Below are positions 12,157 to 25,538 of a stretch of DNA of 64,000 bases, piece by piece (position 1 is the stretch's first letter; each line of letters begins with the position of its first letter). This DNA comes from Octopus sinensis (lineage: Eukaryota). The stretch spans positions 60,636,001 through 60,700,000 of the forward strand of contig NC_043009.1 in NCBI RefSeq assembly GCF_006345805.1, in the 5' to 3' direction. The notes beneath the pieces were generated by a model, which saw nothing but the letters and a program-made list of their open reading frames with translations, was not told the origin of the DNA and made no database searches. Both the position numbers and the translations under genes were made by a program.

Positions 12157-13199
12157 ACACAGTTGCTGTAATCTTAAACGTTTATTAGACAGTATGCCTT
12201 GAAAACGGAAATAATTCTCTGATCCACAAATTGTTGTCGAGAAGTTCTGTTTTGGTGGAATGAAAACTACTTCAAATTTAACAAGAATATAATTTTGGAC
12301 TTAACCGAGATTTGATAGATACCCAAAGAATGTATCACAAAAGCAAAACAACTGCTTTGGGTCCGAAATTATTCTTCTCACAGTGAAGTTTGACTGCAGG
12401 GCAGACATATTCGACGATGCATTCAGTGAACAAATTCCGTGTAACCCAAGCAGAAAAGATTCGGAGACGCCTTTCGTTGCTCTCTGACAATCTTAGTGAT
12501 AAATAATCAGTGACTTAAATTACAAACCTCATGTGGGGTTTACTCCTAACAACAATGTGAAACAATCTCTTGGTGTTTTATACCCCAGCGCATTTTCGTT
12601 TCCTTTGAGATATGAATTTTAGAGAGTTAACGTTTCCGAAAACAGCATAACTTTATCAACATTAGAAACTTGATCCGATGAATATTCACCTCTTTTTTTC
12701 TTCTTCTTCGTTTTAGTATTATTATTATTATTTCTAATACTCTTCATTTGCTAGACATTCCGATACGGCCTGAATGTCAGCACTTGCTGATTCTCTTGTT
12801 ATTAGAATGAATTAGTAATGAAACAGTTTACTTGAATTATACGGAGCAAAAATACGGAGCAACAAATATTTTGAGTTGAGTTCCTCGGTTTCGTTTTCCA
12901 ATTGATTTCATAAATTTAACGCCTTTTGCTGGATAGTGTAGCTAGATAAACTGGCGAGTGACACTGTAGCACATCGCCAATACAAACACTTAAGATTTTC
13001 TCTATATTTTCCATGATTTTATTGCATATACGTGCTTCTTTAGAATGAGCTTCCTTGAATTTTACACGACACCTGTATTTGGTTAAGATGCACTTCGTGC
13101 ATCTACGGTCGAAAACTAAGATTTTATTGTGCCTGGATTTTGAATATCAACAAAGTATTCTTTCCACTTCTCCAGAATGCTCGTCTATTTATTCCTCGA

Positions 13200-13675
13200 T
13201 CTGTAGAGCTCGAGAAGATACATGACCGTGTGTTGTAGGACATGTTGTGGAGGGTTTTACCGAAGTTTGGAATTAACGGGCAACTTCTGGAAGCTGTGAA
13301 GTCCCTGTACGAATGCCTACCTGTTTGGGTTCGAGTAAATGGTACTAAGCCGGAACTTTCCAACGTGGGTATTGGACTTCGGCAGGGATGTGTATTGTCA
13401 CCCCACCTTTTCATAATTTTTATGAACTGGATAGACAAGCGCAGCTATTGTGGAAGTGATATCCCCACAATCGGTGGGGTTATGATCGGTTAGCTGATGC
13501 AGACGACAAGACGACGCTCTGACAACACGCAGACGTCATGCGGGATCAAATAATAACATGCAGGCGATATGTTACATGATTCATCAGAAGGTGATCTCAC
13601 ACATGCACCGAATGGGTCTGGTCACAAGGCAGGAATGATAATTAGTGCTGTGAAAACTGAGACATTGATCTTCTT
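13200..13675 (+). mobile_element. RTE-group LINE RT fragment
   Basis: LWRVLPKFGINGQLLEAVKSLY..GLRQGCVLSPHLFIIFM and, downstream, AGMIISAVKTETL. Confidence 0.8.
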
Positions 13676-13922
13676 TAGGTATCTTATTTGCTAGTAAAGC
13701 AATGAGATGGTATCTGTATATAAAGGTTGAAATTTAAGCGGGAAGTTCTGGCTCCGACCAAGAAGGATACTTTTTCTTTCATGATATTGGGTGTTAAACT
13801 GCTGCGAAGATACAAAAGAGAGGAAAAGAAAACGAAATGTGTGTGTGTGTGTGTGCATATCGCATATATACATACACAAATACACACACACATGCAGACA
13901 GGCAGACAGATAGACAGACAGG

Positions 13923-13993
<71 letters not shown>

Positions 13994-13994
<1 letters not shown>

Positions 13995-14225
13995 AGGCGG
14001 CGAGCTGGCAGAAACGTTAGCACACCGGACGAAATGCTTAGCGGTATTGTGTCTGTCGTTGCGTTCTGAGTTCAAATTCCGCCGAGGTCGACTTTGCCTT
14101 TCATCCTTTCGGGGTCAATAAATTAAGTACCAGTTACGCACTGGAGTCGATGTAATCGACTTAATCCGTTTGTCTGTCCTTGTTTGTCCCCTCTATGTTT
14201 AGCCCCTTGTGGGCAATAATGAAAC

Positions 14226-14226
<1 letters not shown>
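13994..14226 (+). mobile_element. SINE family A monomer inserted in (GATA)n
   Basis: Family A consensus flanked on both sides by GATA repeats. Confidence 0.85.
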
Positions 14227-14306
<80 letters not shown>

Positions 14307-14608
14307 TCAAGCTTCTGTACGCACATACATTCATAAAATAAGACGGATATATCGCTGCAAACATGTCAAATGCATTTTACATGCATTTTACTGCTTTCAC
14401 TAGGCACCAAAACCCTAAAAACAACTTTAAAGGTTTGCCCGTATTCTCCACTCTGTTACTGACGAAGTTTGAACAGTAACTCTTAGGATTTTTACTTACC
14501 TGTCCAGGTTGAACCAAAGCGAAAGACTACTCGAATTCTTCTCTGTCTCATCGGTGACGTCACAATATCAATTCTTAAGGCTTATACCTTTCTGTAAAAA
14601 TAAATAAA

Positions 14609-14845
14609 TAAATACGCCCTTTTAAAGCCTAGCCAGGTTCATGGGCCCGGTTTCCCGGTTTCTATGGCGTATATGTTCCCCAGCTGGACGGAAACGCCAG
14701 TCCATTACAGCGTTACTCATTTTTGCCAGCTGAGTGGATTGGAGCAACGTGAAATGAAGTGTTTTGCTCAAGAACACAACGCGTCGCCCGGTCCAGGAAT
14801 CGAAACCACAATCTTACGATCATGGTGCTGACACCCTAACCACCA
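14609..14845 (-). mobile_element. SINE family D (tRNA head with CORE/V-like domain)
   Basis: Near-identical to 61995-62260. Confidence 0.8.
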
Positions 14846-14965
14846 ACTGTAAGGTTTTAATATTTTGCCTAGGCATTGCAATACTAATAAACTGGTGTAG
14901 AACTCAATGTCCAAATGCTTCAGAACGAAGCGTTAGTCGAGAAGACAGCGGTAATAAGAAAATAA

Positions 14966-15571
14966 AGGGCGGGTGCGCTGGGAGAATCGTTAATAAAACC
15001 GGGCGAAATGCTTTGCGGTATTTCGTCCGCCGCTGCGTTCTGAGTTCAAATTCCGCCGAGGTAGACTTTGCCTTTCATCCTTTCGGGGTCGATAAATTAA
15101 GTACCAGTTACGCACTGGGGTAGATGTAATCGACTTAATCCGTTTGTCTGTCCTTGTTTGTCCACTCTATGTTTAGCCCCTTGTGGGTAGTGAAGAAACA
15201 GGTATTTCGTCTGCCGTTACGTTCTGAGTTCAAATTCCGCCGAGGTCGACTTTGCCTTTCATATATTCGGGGTCGATAAATTAAGTACCAGTTACGCACT
15301 GGGGTCGATGTAATCGACTTAATACCTATGTCTGTCCTTGTTTGTCCCCTCTGTGTTTAGCCCCTTGTGGGTAATAAAGAAATAGGTATTTTGTCTGCCG
15401 TCACGTTCTGAGTTCAAATTTCGCCGAGGTCGACTTTGCCTTTCATCCATTCGGGGTCGATAAATTCAGTACCAGTTAAGCACTGGGATCGATATAATCG
15501 ACTTAATCCGTTTGTCTGTCCTTGTTTGTTCTCTCTATGTTTAGCCCCTTGTGGGTAATAAAGAAATAGGT
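14966..15571 (+). mobile_element. SINE family A, trimeric body (~184-bp units)
   Basis: Units start at ~15018, 15201 and 15385. Confidence 0.85.
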
Positions 15572-15686
15572 AGTAAGAAAATAAGGGATGACAAAGGAAT
15601 AAGTGATTATCTTATCAACATCATTACCTTACAACTGTTTCTGCCATAGCTGTAAGCTAATGAAGTTCATAAGATAATCGTAAGAT

Positions 15687-17040
15687 AGGCGTCGGAGTGG
15701 CTGTGTGAAAAAAAAAATTTTTTTAACTATATATATTGTTTCATGATTCACTTATCATCCGAAACTGTTTTTTAATCGATTAACAGCTACTTCACCTTTT
15801 TATGTTTGTTTGTCTATTTTCGTCCCCTCTTTGTATTGCCGTCATGGCAAATTTGAAATAAAGTAGCTTGCTTACGAACCTCATGGTTCCGGGTTCAGTC
15901 CTACTGTGTGGCACCTGGGGCAAGTGTCTTCTACTATAGCCTCGGGCCGACCAAAGCCTTGTGAGTAGATTTGGTAGACGGAAACTGAAAGAAGCCCGTC
16001 GTATATATATATGTGTGTGTGTGTGTGTATGTGTGTGTGTGTGTCTTTCATCCTTCTATTTTTTTTTTGTGGTGGGCGTGTCGAGTATTGGAGCTTATCT
16101 ATCCCTCACCCATATTGATATCCGAAGCCTATGATAAAAAAAAAAGAAAGAAACCCAATATGTTTATTGTTTTCTTTTAACTTAATACTATTTCGACGAC
16201 GAAGACAATAATCGTGACCATAATCATGATGATAATGATGATGATGATGACAGTTATGGTATTTTCATTGTTGCTAAAGTTTTATTCCTTGTTGTTTTTT
16301 TTTTATTATTATTATTATTATTCTCAATGACAGCCATTGGGATCTTTTTACTTTGACCGGCAGATTTTTAAAATATTTTCTTTGTAACTAAACACTTTTA
16401 AACTTCGTATACTAGTAGAATGTGTTACATAAAACCTCGTTTCTCTTGGCTTTCTTGAGAAATTTATGTAGTTTGTAAGTTATTTCTTGCTTAATTTCTT
16501 GCATTTCGGCAATTTCAACCAATCAATGACGTCTATTGAGGTGAATACAATTATTGCCGTAGTTTGTCAACAACAATTTCCTGCGGTCTCTACTCAGTTT
16601 GTCACTGTTATTTATGAGAAAAAAGATACCCTTCCCCCCAGAAGCCAAGAGAAAAAGATGTTTTATGTAACACATTCTACCAGTATACGAAGTTTAAAAG
16701 TGTTTAGTTACCAAGTGTTTGGAAGACGGAAACTGAAAGAAGCCCGTCGTATATATATGTGTGTGTGTATGTGTGCATGTGTGTGTGTATGTGTGCATGT
16801 GTGTGTGTGTGTATGCGTGTGTGTATTTGTGTGTCTGTGTTTGTCCCCCCCCCCAACATCGCTTGACAACCGATGCTGGCGTGTTTACGTCCCCGTAACT
16901 TAGCAGTTCGGCAAAAGAGGCCGATAGAATAAGTACTAGGCTTACAAAGAATAAGTCCTGGGGTCGATTTGCTCGACTAAAGGCTGTGCTCCAGCATGAC
17001 CACAGTCAAATGACTGAAACAAGTAAAAGAGTAAAAGAGT
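15687..17040 (+). mobile_element. SINE family B pieces interrupted by insertions, including an inverted-repeat element
   Basis: Head at 15687-15707 and 15862-16045, tail at 16716-17040. Between them are ~70-bp inverted repeats at 16384-16452 and 16643-16711. Confidence 0.7.
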
Positions 17041-17173
17041 TTATTCCTCTCTCATCTCATTTCCCCCTTTTTATGAGGAATGGCTATGAACTTTCACTTT
17101 TCTGGATCTCCAGCTTTTTTTTCTTATATCTACAGATTTTTATATTCATTTCTGTAACTTGTATTATAAATGA

Positions 17174-17769
17174 CTAGCAGTATCGCCCGGCTTTGCTCGG
17201 GTTTGTAAGGGAAATAACTACATAAGCATTTTTAGAGTTATAGCCAAAAAATAGCAAAAAAATGCATTAAAAATGGAAAAAAAATTATGGTAATTTTTTT
17301 TAAATCGTTGACTCATCGTAGACATTTTTAGAGAGTTACTTCCCTTATATAATAGCGAAAAAATGCATTAAATGGAAAAAAATGATGGTAATTTTTTTTT
17401 AAATCGTTGACTCATCGTAGACATTTTTAGAGAGTTACTTCCCTTATATAATAGCGAAAAATGCATTAAAATGGAAAAAAATGATGGTAATTTTTTTTTT
17501 ATCGTTGACTCATCGTAGACATTTTTAGAGAGTTACTTCCCTTATATAATAGCGAAAAAATGCATTAAAATGGAAAAAAAATTATGGTAAATTTTTTTTT
17601 TAAATCGTAGATTCATCGTAGACGCGCGCTAATACCCAGAAGGGCTCGATATGAATCACGACTATAAGATACCCGGTTTTGGTTAAACTGCACCGCAAAA
17701 TGTGGGAGTAGTTAGGAATCTAAATCGTAGGAGACAGACAGCACACAACCTCTCTTTTATATATAAAGA
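17174..17769 (-). mobile_element. Non-autonomous Helitron copy 2 with an internal ~99-bp tandem array (~3.6 units)
   Basis: Same CTAG/hairpin 3' end and TC 5' end. Units start at ~17263, 17363, 17462 and 17561. Confidence 0.85.
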
Positions 17770-17959
17770 TTTGAAATATTTTGCAACTGTCTGTCCTTTT
17801 TGTTATCGTATACTTTCATTAGCTTGATCGTTACATTACTCACAGCCAGCCAACTCTTATTTGCATCGTTTCCGTTCGACGTTGGATTTTGGGCACTTGG
17901 TCCGGCCTGAACACTTATTGTCTATATCTATTGTATACCATTTTTTGTCTTACCTATCA

Positions 17960-18585
17960 TACATAAATACATACATACATACATACATACATACATACAT
18001 ACATACATACATACATACATACTTACGTAAGTACGTACGTACATACATACATACATACACACATACGTACATACATACATACGTACATACATACATACAT
18101 ACATACATACATACATACATACATACATACATACATACATACATACATACATGCATACATACATACATACATACATACATGCATACATACATACATACAT
18201 ACGTAAGTACATACATACATACATACATGTACATACGTACATAGATACATACATGCACGCATACATGCATACATGCACGCGCGCGCACGCACACACATAC
18301 ACACACACATACATACACACATACACACACATATACATACACACATACACACACATATAGATGCGCGCACACATACACGCATACACATTCACGCATACAC
18401 ACACATACATACACACATACACACACACATACATACACACACACATACACACACACATACATACACATACACACACACATACACACATACACACACACAT
18501 ACACACATACATACATACATACATACATACATACATACATACATACATACATACATACATACATACATACATACATACATACACG
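17960..18585. repeat. (TACA)n/(CA)n compound microsatellite
   Basis: Direct reading. Confidence 0.95.
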
Positions 18586-18639
18586 TCGTAACCTCCGACA
18601 ACGGTAGATGCAGTAATTCGTTTTAAGTTGTTTATTATA

Positions 18640-19145
18640 TGGAATCCTGATGATGTTGATGTTGTTGCCGATGTGAAAGGAGAACAGTGGACGAAGTTGA
18701 TGTCGACTCCAATTTTTTTATTTACTGTTACTTTATAAATAGCCACACACGACGGCGGGGGTTGGGTGTATAATATAAGTGGAAAAGCATGCTAGGTTGA
18801 AGAGAGTTAATTTCTACTTGTATAAGTGTGTGCATGTTCTCGTCATTGTCGGAGTCGGCCAAAGATAGTGATAGAGTGATGTCGTAGAGAATGGAAATGA
18901 GTTAGCGAGAGAAAGTGAGAGTGGTGGGACGAGACAACTGCTTCGTTGATGAGTTACCATAGTTGTCCCTCTGTGACCTTTCATTCAGGGACGGCATTTC
19001 GTTCAGCCGGTCAGCCAACTCCCCTTGTTAGTCGGTTCTCGCTAATTTTTTTTTATTCGGCACACAGGCCATGACACAGAGGGGACAGCACAAAGACAAA
19101 ACAAAAACCAATTAGGAGGCTGGGGTTATACATTAGTTAAAAAAT
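18640..19145. repeat. Unclassified dispersed repeat (second diverged copy at ~39090-39565)
   Basis: Shared blocks ttcgttcagccggtcagccaactcc, attcggcacacaggccatg and ggctggggttatacattagttaaaaaat. Confidence 0.75.
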
Positions 19146-19504
19146 CGAATATATTATAAAATTCTAGTATTTATAACTCAACAGGCTAGCTAGAACAATA
19201 AAGAGAAGTATCACCGAAAACAATGAGCAGTTGATGTAGGCCGCCCTTATCTAATTTCAATTTTTGGTGGCATAGAAGAGATCAAGAGTTAAACTGAAAA
19301 TACATAAATTGTCTTGACAAAACCATATGTTGAATGTGGCTGCTGTCAACCATTGTTTTTCGGTGAGAAAAATGCTGTTGCAATGTTAAGGGAAATTGGT
19401 AGATTCAGGTTCGAATCTACTTTATGTCTAAATGAAGTCACTTCATATATATATATGAAGTGTGTATGTATATATGTATATATATATATATATATGGATC
19501 TTTT

Positions 19505-19540
<36 letters not shown>

Positions 19541-19545
<5 letters not shown>

Positions 19546-19928
19546 CATACATACACACGTCCAGACCTCTCATACGCACTACATACTCTCTCATACACAC
19601 ACACACCCTTATGTTGGGGCGTTGGTCATTTGACCCTGTTATCTCCCCTATTTTCGCTCTTGCGTCTCACGTTTGATCTTTGACTTCTGGCCGGAATCAG
19701 ATCGCCATGTTGATTCGCTAGCCTCTGCACGCATTTTTTTCTCTCTTGTTTCTCTCCGTGTTTCTTTTCTGTGTATCTTTCTGTTGAAGAGCGTAGGCTC
19801 GAAACGTAAAAGACTTGTTTTATTTATATTCCTGAGCGCCATACTAATACAATTGTTTGTTTGTATTCCACCTGCCTTCGTCTTTTGTTTATTTTTATAA
19901 AGCTTCCCGTTATATATATATATATATT

Positions 19929-19962
<34 letters not shown>

Positions 19963-20330
19963 CATACATACATACACACGTCCAGACCTCTCATACGCAC
20001 TACATACTCTCTCATACACACACACACCCTTATGTTGGGGCGTGGTCATTTGACCCTGTTATCTCCCCTATTTTCGCTCTTGCGTCTCACGTTTGATCTT
20101 TGACTTCTGGCCGGAATCAGATCGCCATGTTGATTCGCTAGCCTCTGCACGCATTTTTTTCTCTCCTTGTTTCTCTCCGTGTTTCTTTTCTGTGTATCTT
20201 TCTGTTGAAGAGCGTAGGCTCGAAACGTAAAAGACTTGTTTTATTTATATTCCTGAGCGCCATACTAATACAATTGTTTGTTTGTATTCCACCTGCCTTC
20301 GTCTTTTGTTTATTTTTATAAAGCTTCCCG

Positions 20331-20332
<2 letters not shown>
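19541..20332 (+). repeat. Tandem dimer of a 371-bp unit (period 421 bp) separated by (TA)n; each unit has an HHR-like motif
   Basis: 19541-19911 and 19962-20332 are nearly identical. UCUUU-CUGUUGA-A-GAGC-guag-GCUC-GAAA-CG-UA-AAAGA lies at 19776-19813 and 20197-20234. Confidence 0.85.
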
Positions 20333-20365
<33 letters not shown>

Positions 20366-20519
20366 AATATATGTGAGAAAGGTTGAGTTCTATTTCATCT
20401 TTAATTTTGGTGGGTTCCGAAGGTCGATTTATAATATAAAGATTCTTCATATTACATTGGTAGTTTACTGTTGTAAGTATTTTTCGAATATGAAAATGTT
20501 ACAAGTATAAGGTGTGTTA

Positions 20520-21240
20520 TGAGTATTTATAGAACACGTATCCTATAGAAACTCAACAAACAATTAAAGATGGAGAAGAGAAGATGTTAAAAGTTTTTTA
20601 AAAAATTTAATCCATGCATACGATCGTTTCGAACAGTAATGTTAAATTACGCATTACTGTTCTCCTCAGTGCGAATAAAGAAATACATCAAAAAGAGTAC
20701 ATCAGCAGAATGTTATGTTGTTACAGAAGACTAGATGGAATGAGTATCGCATCATATATTCGGATATACATAATATCCTTATGTATATTCAAAGCTAAAG
20801 AAGTTTAAAAAGCAAAAGGCTGGAATGCTATGATTTTTCCCCGATGAGAAAAAACTTCGAACATGCTAAAATAGTGTCACACTATCTTAAAAGATAAAAA
20901 AACACATGCTGACATTATCTTAGCATGCATTTTATCTTTAATAAGGATATTATGTATATCCGAATATTTTATGTGACACTCACTCCATCTAGTTTTCTGT
21001 AACAATATAACATTCTTCTGGTGTATTCTTTTTGATTTATTTCTTTTTTCACACTGAGGAGACCAGTAATATGTAATTAATTTAATTATAACTATAATTA
21101 AATTAATTTCTAATTTTTACCATGTTATTCGAAACGATCGTATGCATGGATGAACTTTTTTTTAACTTTTAACACCCTCTCTTCTCCATCTTTAATTGTT
21201 TGTTGAGTTTCTGTAGGATACGTGTTCTATAAATGCTTAT
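20520..21240. repeat. Diverged inverted repeat (pLTR-type), arms ~20520-20782 and ~20940-21240
   Basis: The arms are reverse complements and both carry CTGAGGA..GAAACGATCGTA. Confidence 0.8.
20616..20672 (-). ncRNA. Hammerhead ribozyme with canonical core
   Basis: GCA-CUGAGGA-GAACAGUAAUG-loop-CAUUACUGUUC-GAAA-CGAUCG-UA-UGC, with an 11-bp perfect stem II. Confidence 0.75.
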
Positions 21241-23462
21241 TAGCAAACATAAGACCATTTCCAACACCCACTTAAGGAGCCTTAAAGATTTCCTGCATTC
21301 ACTTAGGAACGATGATAGTCTTATCATACCCGCCGACAAGACTGGGAACTGGTATAGGCTAGACTACCAAACCTACAAATCGCTCATCATGAGGGAACTT
21401 AGCAAAAAGTATAAAACTACTTCTACGGATAACCTTAAGGAAATTAACTACAAAATCAAGGAAGTTATGAGCAAATTAGACCTCCTGGACAGAACAGAAC
21501 CTATTAAACCACAAGTACCCAAAATTACTATTAAAGACCATAAGAAAGACTTCCCAGATAGTGTAGGAGTACGATTAATCTGTCCGACTAAATCGGATAT
21601 CGGCAGACTTAGCAAGACTATCCTGGACAAGGTGATCCCACACATCAAACCCCACATCCCACTCCAACTATGGATTAACACCAACGATGTACTAGAATGG
21701 TTTAACACTATCACCAATAGGCCCGACTACTCATTCATCCAATTCGACATAGCTAGCTACTACGCCAGTATATCCCCCATCTTACTTAACAAATCCCTTA
21801 TTTTTGCCCGCAACCTTTCACTCATAGACAGAGAAAAAATTGACATAATTCTATTAGCTAGAAAAACCATAATAGAATTCGACGGTAGGCTCTGGACCAG
21901 ATCCGATACCCCCGACAATTTCGATGTGGCTATGGGCTCGAGCGATTCAGCTCAAGTGACTGACTTGGTCGGGGCCTACCTGCTCAAGAAGCTTTTCTCC
22001 GAGGTACCGGATCTTCAGGGGGGTCTATACAAAGACGACGCTCTCTTCATATACCCCACCAACAATAGGAGCAAACTAGAAAGAATTGGAAAAAAATCAG
22101 GCTTTTTTTCAAATCCTTCAATCTTAAACTAGAATTTATGACCAATACTAAAATAGTAAACTTCTTAGATGTTACGTTAGATTTGAATAAGCACCTTCAC
22201 TACCCGTATAGGAAACCCGAAGAAACTACCAAATACATCCATACCTCTTCCAACCATCCACCCTGTATAATTAGCACCACGGTCCAAGCCATCTCAGACA
22301 GACTGACAAAACTATCCTCTAATAGAGAAATTTTCAATAATCATGCACAACACTACAACCAGGCTCTCTATAGTGCCGGGTATAACCAGAGAATATCATA
22401 TGTAGACCACCCGGGAGCGTCCGTCGGCCATAAGACTCCCAATTATAATCGAACTCAACACTCAACTCACACTAGCGATAATTCTAATTAAACTCCAAAC
22501 AACGTATAGGAAATAGGCGAACTAATAGAATAGCACACAATAGTAACCCTCCCGACAGAGCAATATAGATCCTATTAGGAGAAATAGAAGGGATAATAGT
22601 AGATTACGCAAATATATATGGTTCAACATACCTTTCAACTTAGCAGTTAGGGGTAAGTTATGTAAGAGAATATTCTCTATAATTTCCAACAACTTCCCAC
22701 CCACCCACAAGTATAGAAGTATCTTCTCCAACAAAACTATTAGGATTTCCTACTCTACTGCCCAACATGAGCTGCCTCATAGCTAAACATAACTATATTA
22801 ATATTAGAACAGCTAGATCAAGAGCAAACCATAGCGACCAACAGAACCCCCCTCATCTAGACAGTAGACAATATAACCAGACTGGCAGCCATACTACCCA
22901 AACAGTTAGTAAACACCCGCCAACACAACAGAGGAAATACTACACCCATCAACAACCAGGAGGATACCAACGCCCCCACTAGTATTGCAACACCTCCGCC
23001 TGGGATTAGCAGCACACGACCGAATAATGCAATGCAATGCAACTGCAGATGTGCATCAGAGTGCCCGCTGCAGGGCGCATGTAGGGCGAAAAACGTAATA
23101 TACTCATGTGAGGTGAGTACTCAGTTTAACACACTCACCTATATGGTTGCTCAACCTCCTGGAAATCCAGATACTACAACCACCGGTCCTCGCTGAGACA
23201 CAGACATAAGGCTAACAGCACCTCCCTCTCTAAAAGAATTTGGGAATTAAAAGACAAATGCATAGGCTTCAAACTCAGATGGTCCATCATCGGATCAGCT
23301 GCACCTTATTTAAATAATAGAGCAGGATGCCAACTATGCTGTGTAGAACTCCTGAACATCTTGAAATTCAAAGACAAACACAATCTTATTAACAAAAGGT
23401 CAGAGTTCAAACCATCCTGTATACATAAACTTATTAATACTTTCAAATACTACAATGCTTAG
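21233..23462 (+). pseudogene. Penelope-like RT/GIY-YIG ORF disrupted by frameshifts and stops
   Basis: ORF pieces 21233-22132 and 22138-22491, linker ~22600-22800 and endonuclease ~23035-23460 lie in shifting frames. Confidence 0.85.
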
Positions 23463-25538
23463 GTCTTATACCAACTCCCACACGCAATTTCCTCCCACCC
23501 GGTGCAACCTGTCGGCTCCAGCACATCCCGCTTTCCTATATGTGCGTGTGTATGTGTGTGTGTGCGTATGTATGTGCACATACGTGTACGTATGTGTACA
23601 TATACATATATATGTACATGTGCGTGCGTGTGTGTGTGTGTGGGTGTGTGTATGTGCATATACGGTTCCCTACATTTTCCTCCTATATATACAAATTTTG
23701 TCTCCCATATATGACTTCTTTTCCCTAAATATTTCTTCTCCTACACCCATATCCTCCCTATGTGGTCTCTTTAATTCCCTATATCTATACCCTTTCACAT
23801 TTCTAACTCAGATGTTGAACGCACACCGCCAAACTCCACTTCCCACCCTTCCAATTTTCAGTTCCCCCCGCCCGCCCCTACGTTTAACACACACCTCTAA
23901 CTTTCAACCACCTTCATCTCATGTTAAACTTTACAAAATTATATTTTTATCTTATTTTATTTTATTTTTATTTTTACTTTTATTTTTACTTTTATCCTAC
24001 TTCCATTTATTTTTATTTTTAATTTTATTTTTACTTTTATTCTACTTCCATTTATTCTCATTTTCATTTTCATCCCTTACCTTAACTCTTATAATTTTTA
24101 TAATTCTTATACTTCATTTCTAACTATTACATTGTATTTCTTATTTTATACTGTATTTTTATTTCTAATCTTTACCCTTACCCTCATTCTTACCCCTAAC
24201 TTATCGCTTTACACCTCTATATATGTTTATTTACTTACCTATGGATCCACTTTTTGAATATACGAGCGTCCGCGTACGTGTGTATACGCATACATACATA
24301 TGCACGCGCATATATGTACATGCATACTTCGATATCTTATAGCTATACCCATGTGCGCGTGTGTCTCTGTGTGTGTATATGAGTGTATATGTGCACGCAC
24401 ATACGGACACAGCCGTGTGTGCGTGCACGTATTGACATGAGTACGGGATTCTTTACATACGTTCTTATACACTTCCTTTAATATCTTATACCTAGACCTA
24501 GAGGCGTGGGCATATACGTGTGTGTATGTAGTGATGGGCGCGCGTATATACATGTGAGCGTGTACGCGCGTAATGTCCGTGTATATATGCGGATATTCTG
24601 TTGTATGTATGTGTGTGTACGCGCGTGCGTGTAGGTGCGTGTGTGTTTGTGTACGTGTTTACACGCGAGTGCGTGTGTATGCTTATAGGCTTGGAGGCGT
24701 ATATGTGCGCGTGTATGTGGGTGTATGTATCCATGTTGATATGTATGTACTAGAAGTCCATTTATTTCAAGGAACCAGATTAAATGCTCATCAGCTCTGA
24801 TTTATAACGCATTAAGTCCCCAGACGAAACTGTTGATTTACTGACAATTCTACAACTAAATTTTATCAATCTCCTGACCACCATGCTTGGTCCGTAACCT
24901 CTATACATCCCTTATCTTTACATTCTTTTACACCTTTATCATGCTTTTATCAGGTTTTTTTACTTTCATTTCTATTTCTATTTTTACTTTATAACCTTAT
25001 GCCTTTACATTTATTTATATTTCTTTATATTTCTTTATACCCCCTTTACATCTCCTTACAACTCTTTATATCATTATCCTCTACATTTTTATATTATTCT
25101 ATACTTACACTTTTTATACATTTTTTATCCCTCGTCCCGAACTCTCGCCCCTCCATCTTCACCTCTATATATGTATTTATTTATTTACATTACCTCAACA
25201 TCCAAATTTCCTCATTCTACATTGAGAGAAGAAAGAGATGGACGCTTCAATTCTATGCTGCTGCCGCATTATGTCGTACGTGAATGAGAGGATTTGCATC
25301 CCCAACCAAGAATTTTTGATGTGTAACACATGTCCTTGTGGAAGTGTTTGTGCGCGGCTGAAGAAGGCCACAGACATACATTATGCATTGTTATAAATCT
25401 GTCTAATAAAGGCCCGAAACATATGTACCGCTGAGTCCTTCGCATCATGTTTTTATTTTATTTTGATCAATTTACTCCACCACCTACACCACCAAACGGT
25501 ATACACAGGTGCTTATAATTATCAGGTACTCACCCCGA

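Noticed and set aside
24760-24812. CTGATGA..GAAA on the minus strand
   Set aside because: No convincing stem II or stem I pairing.
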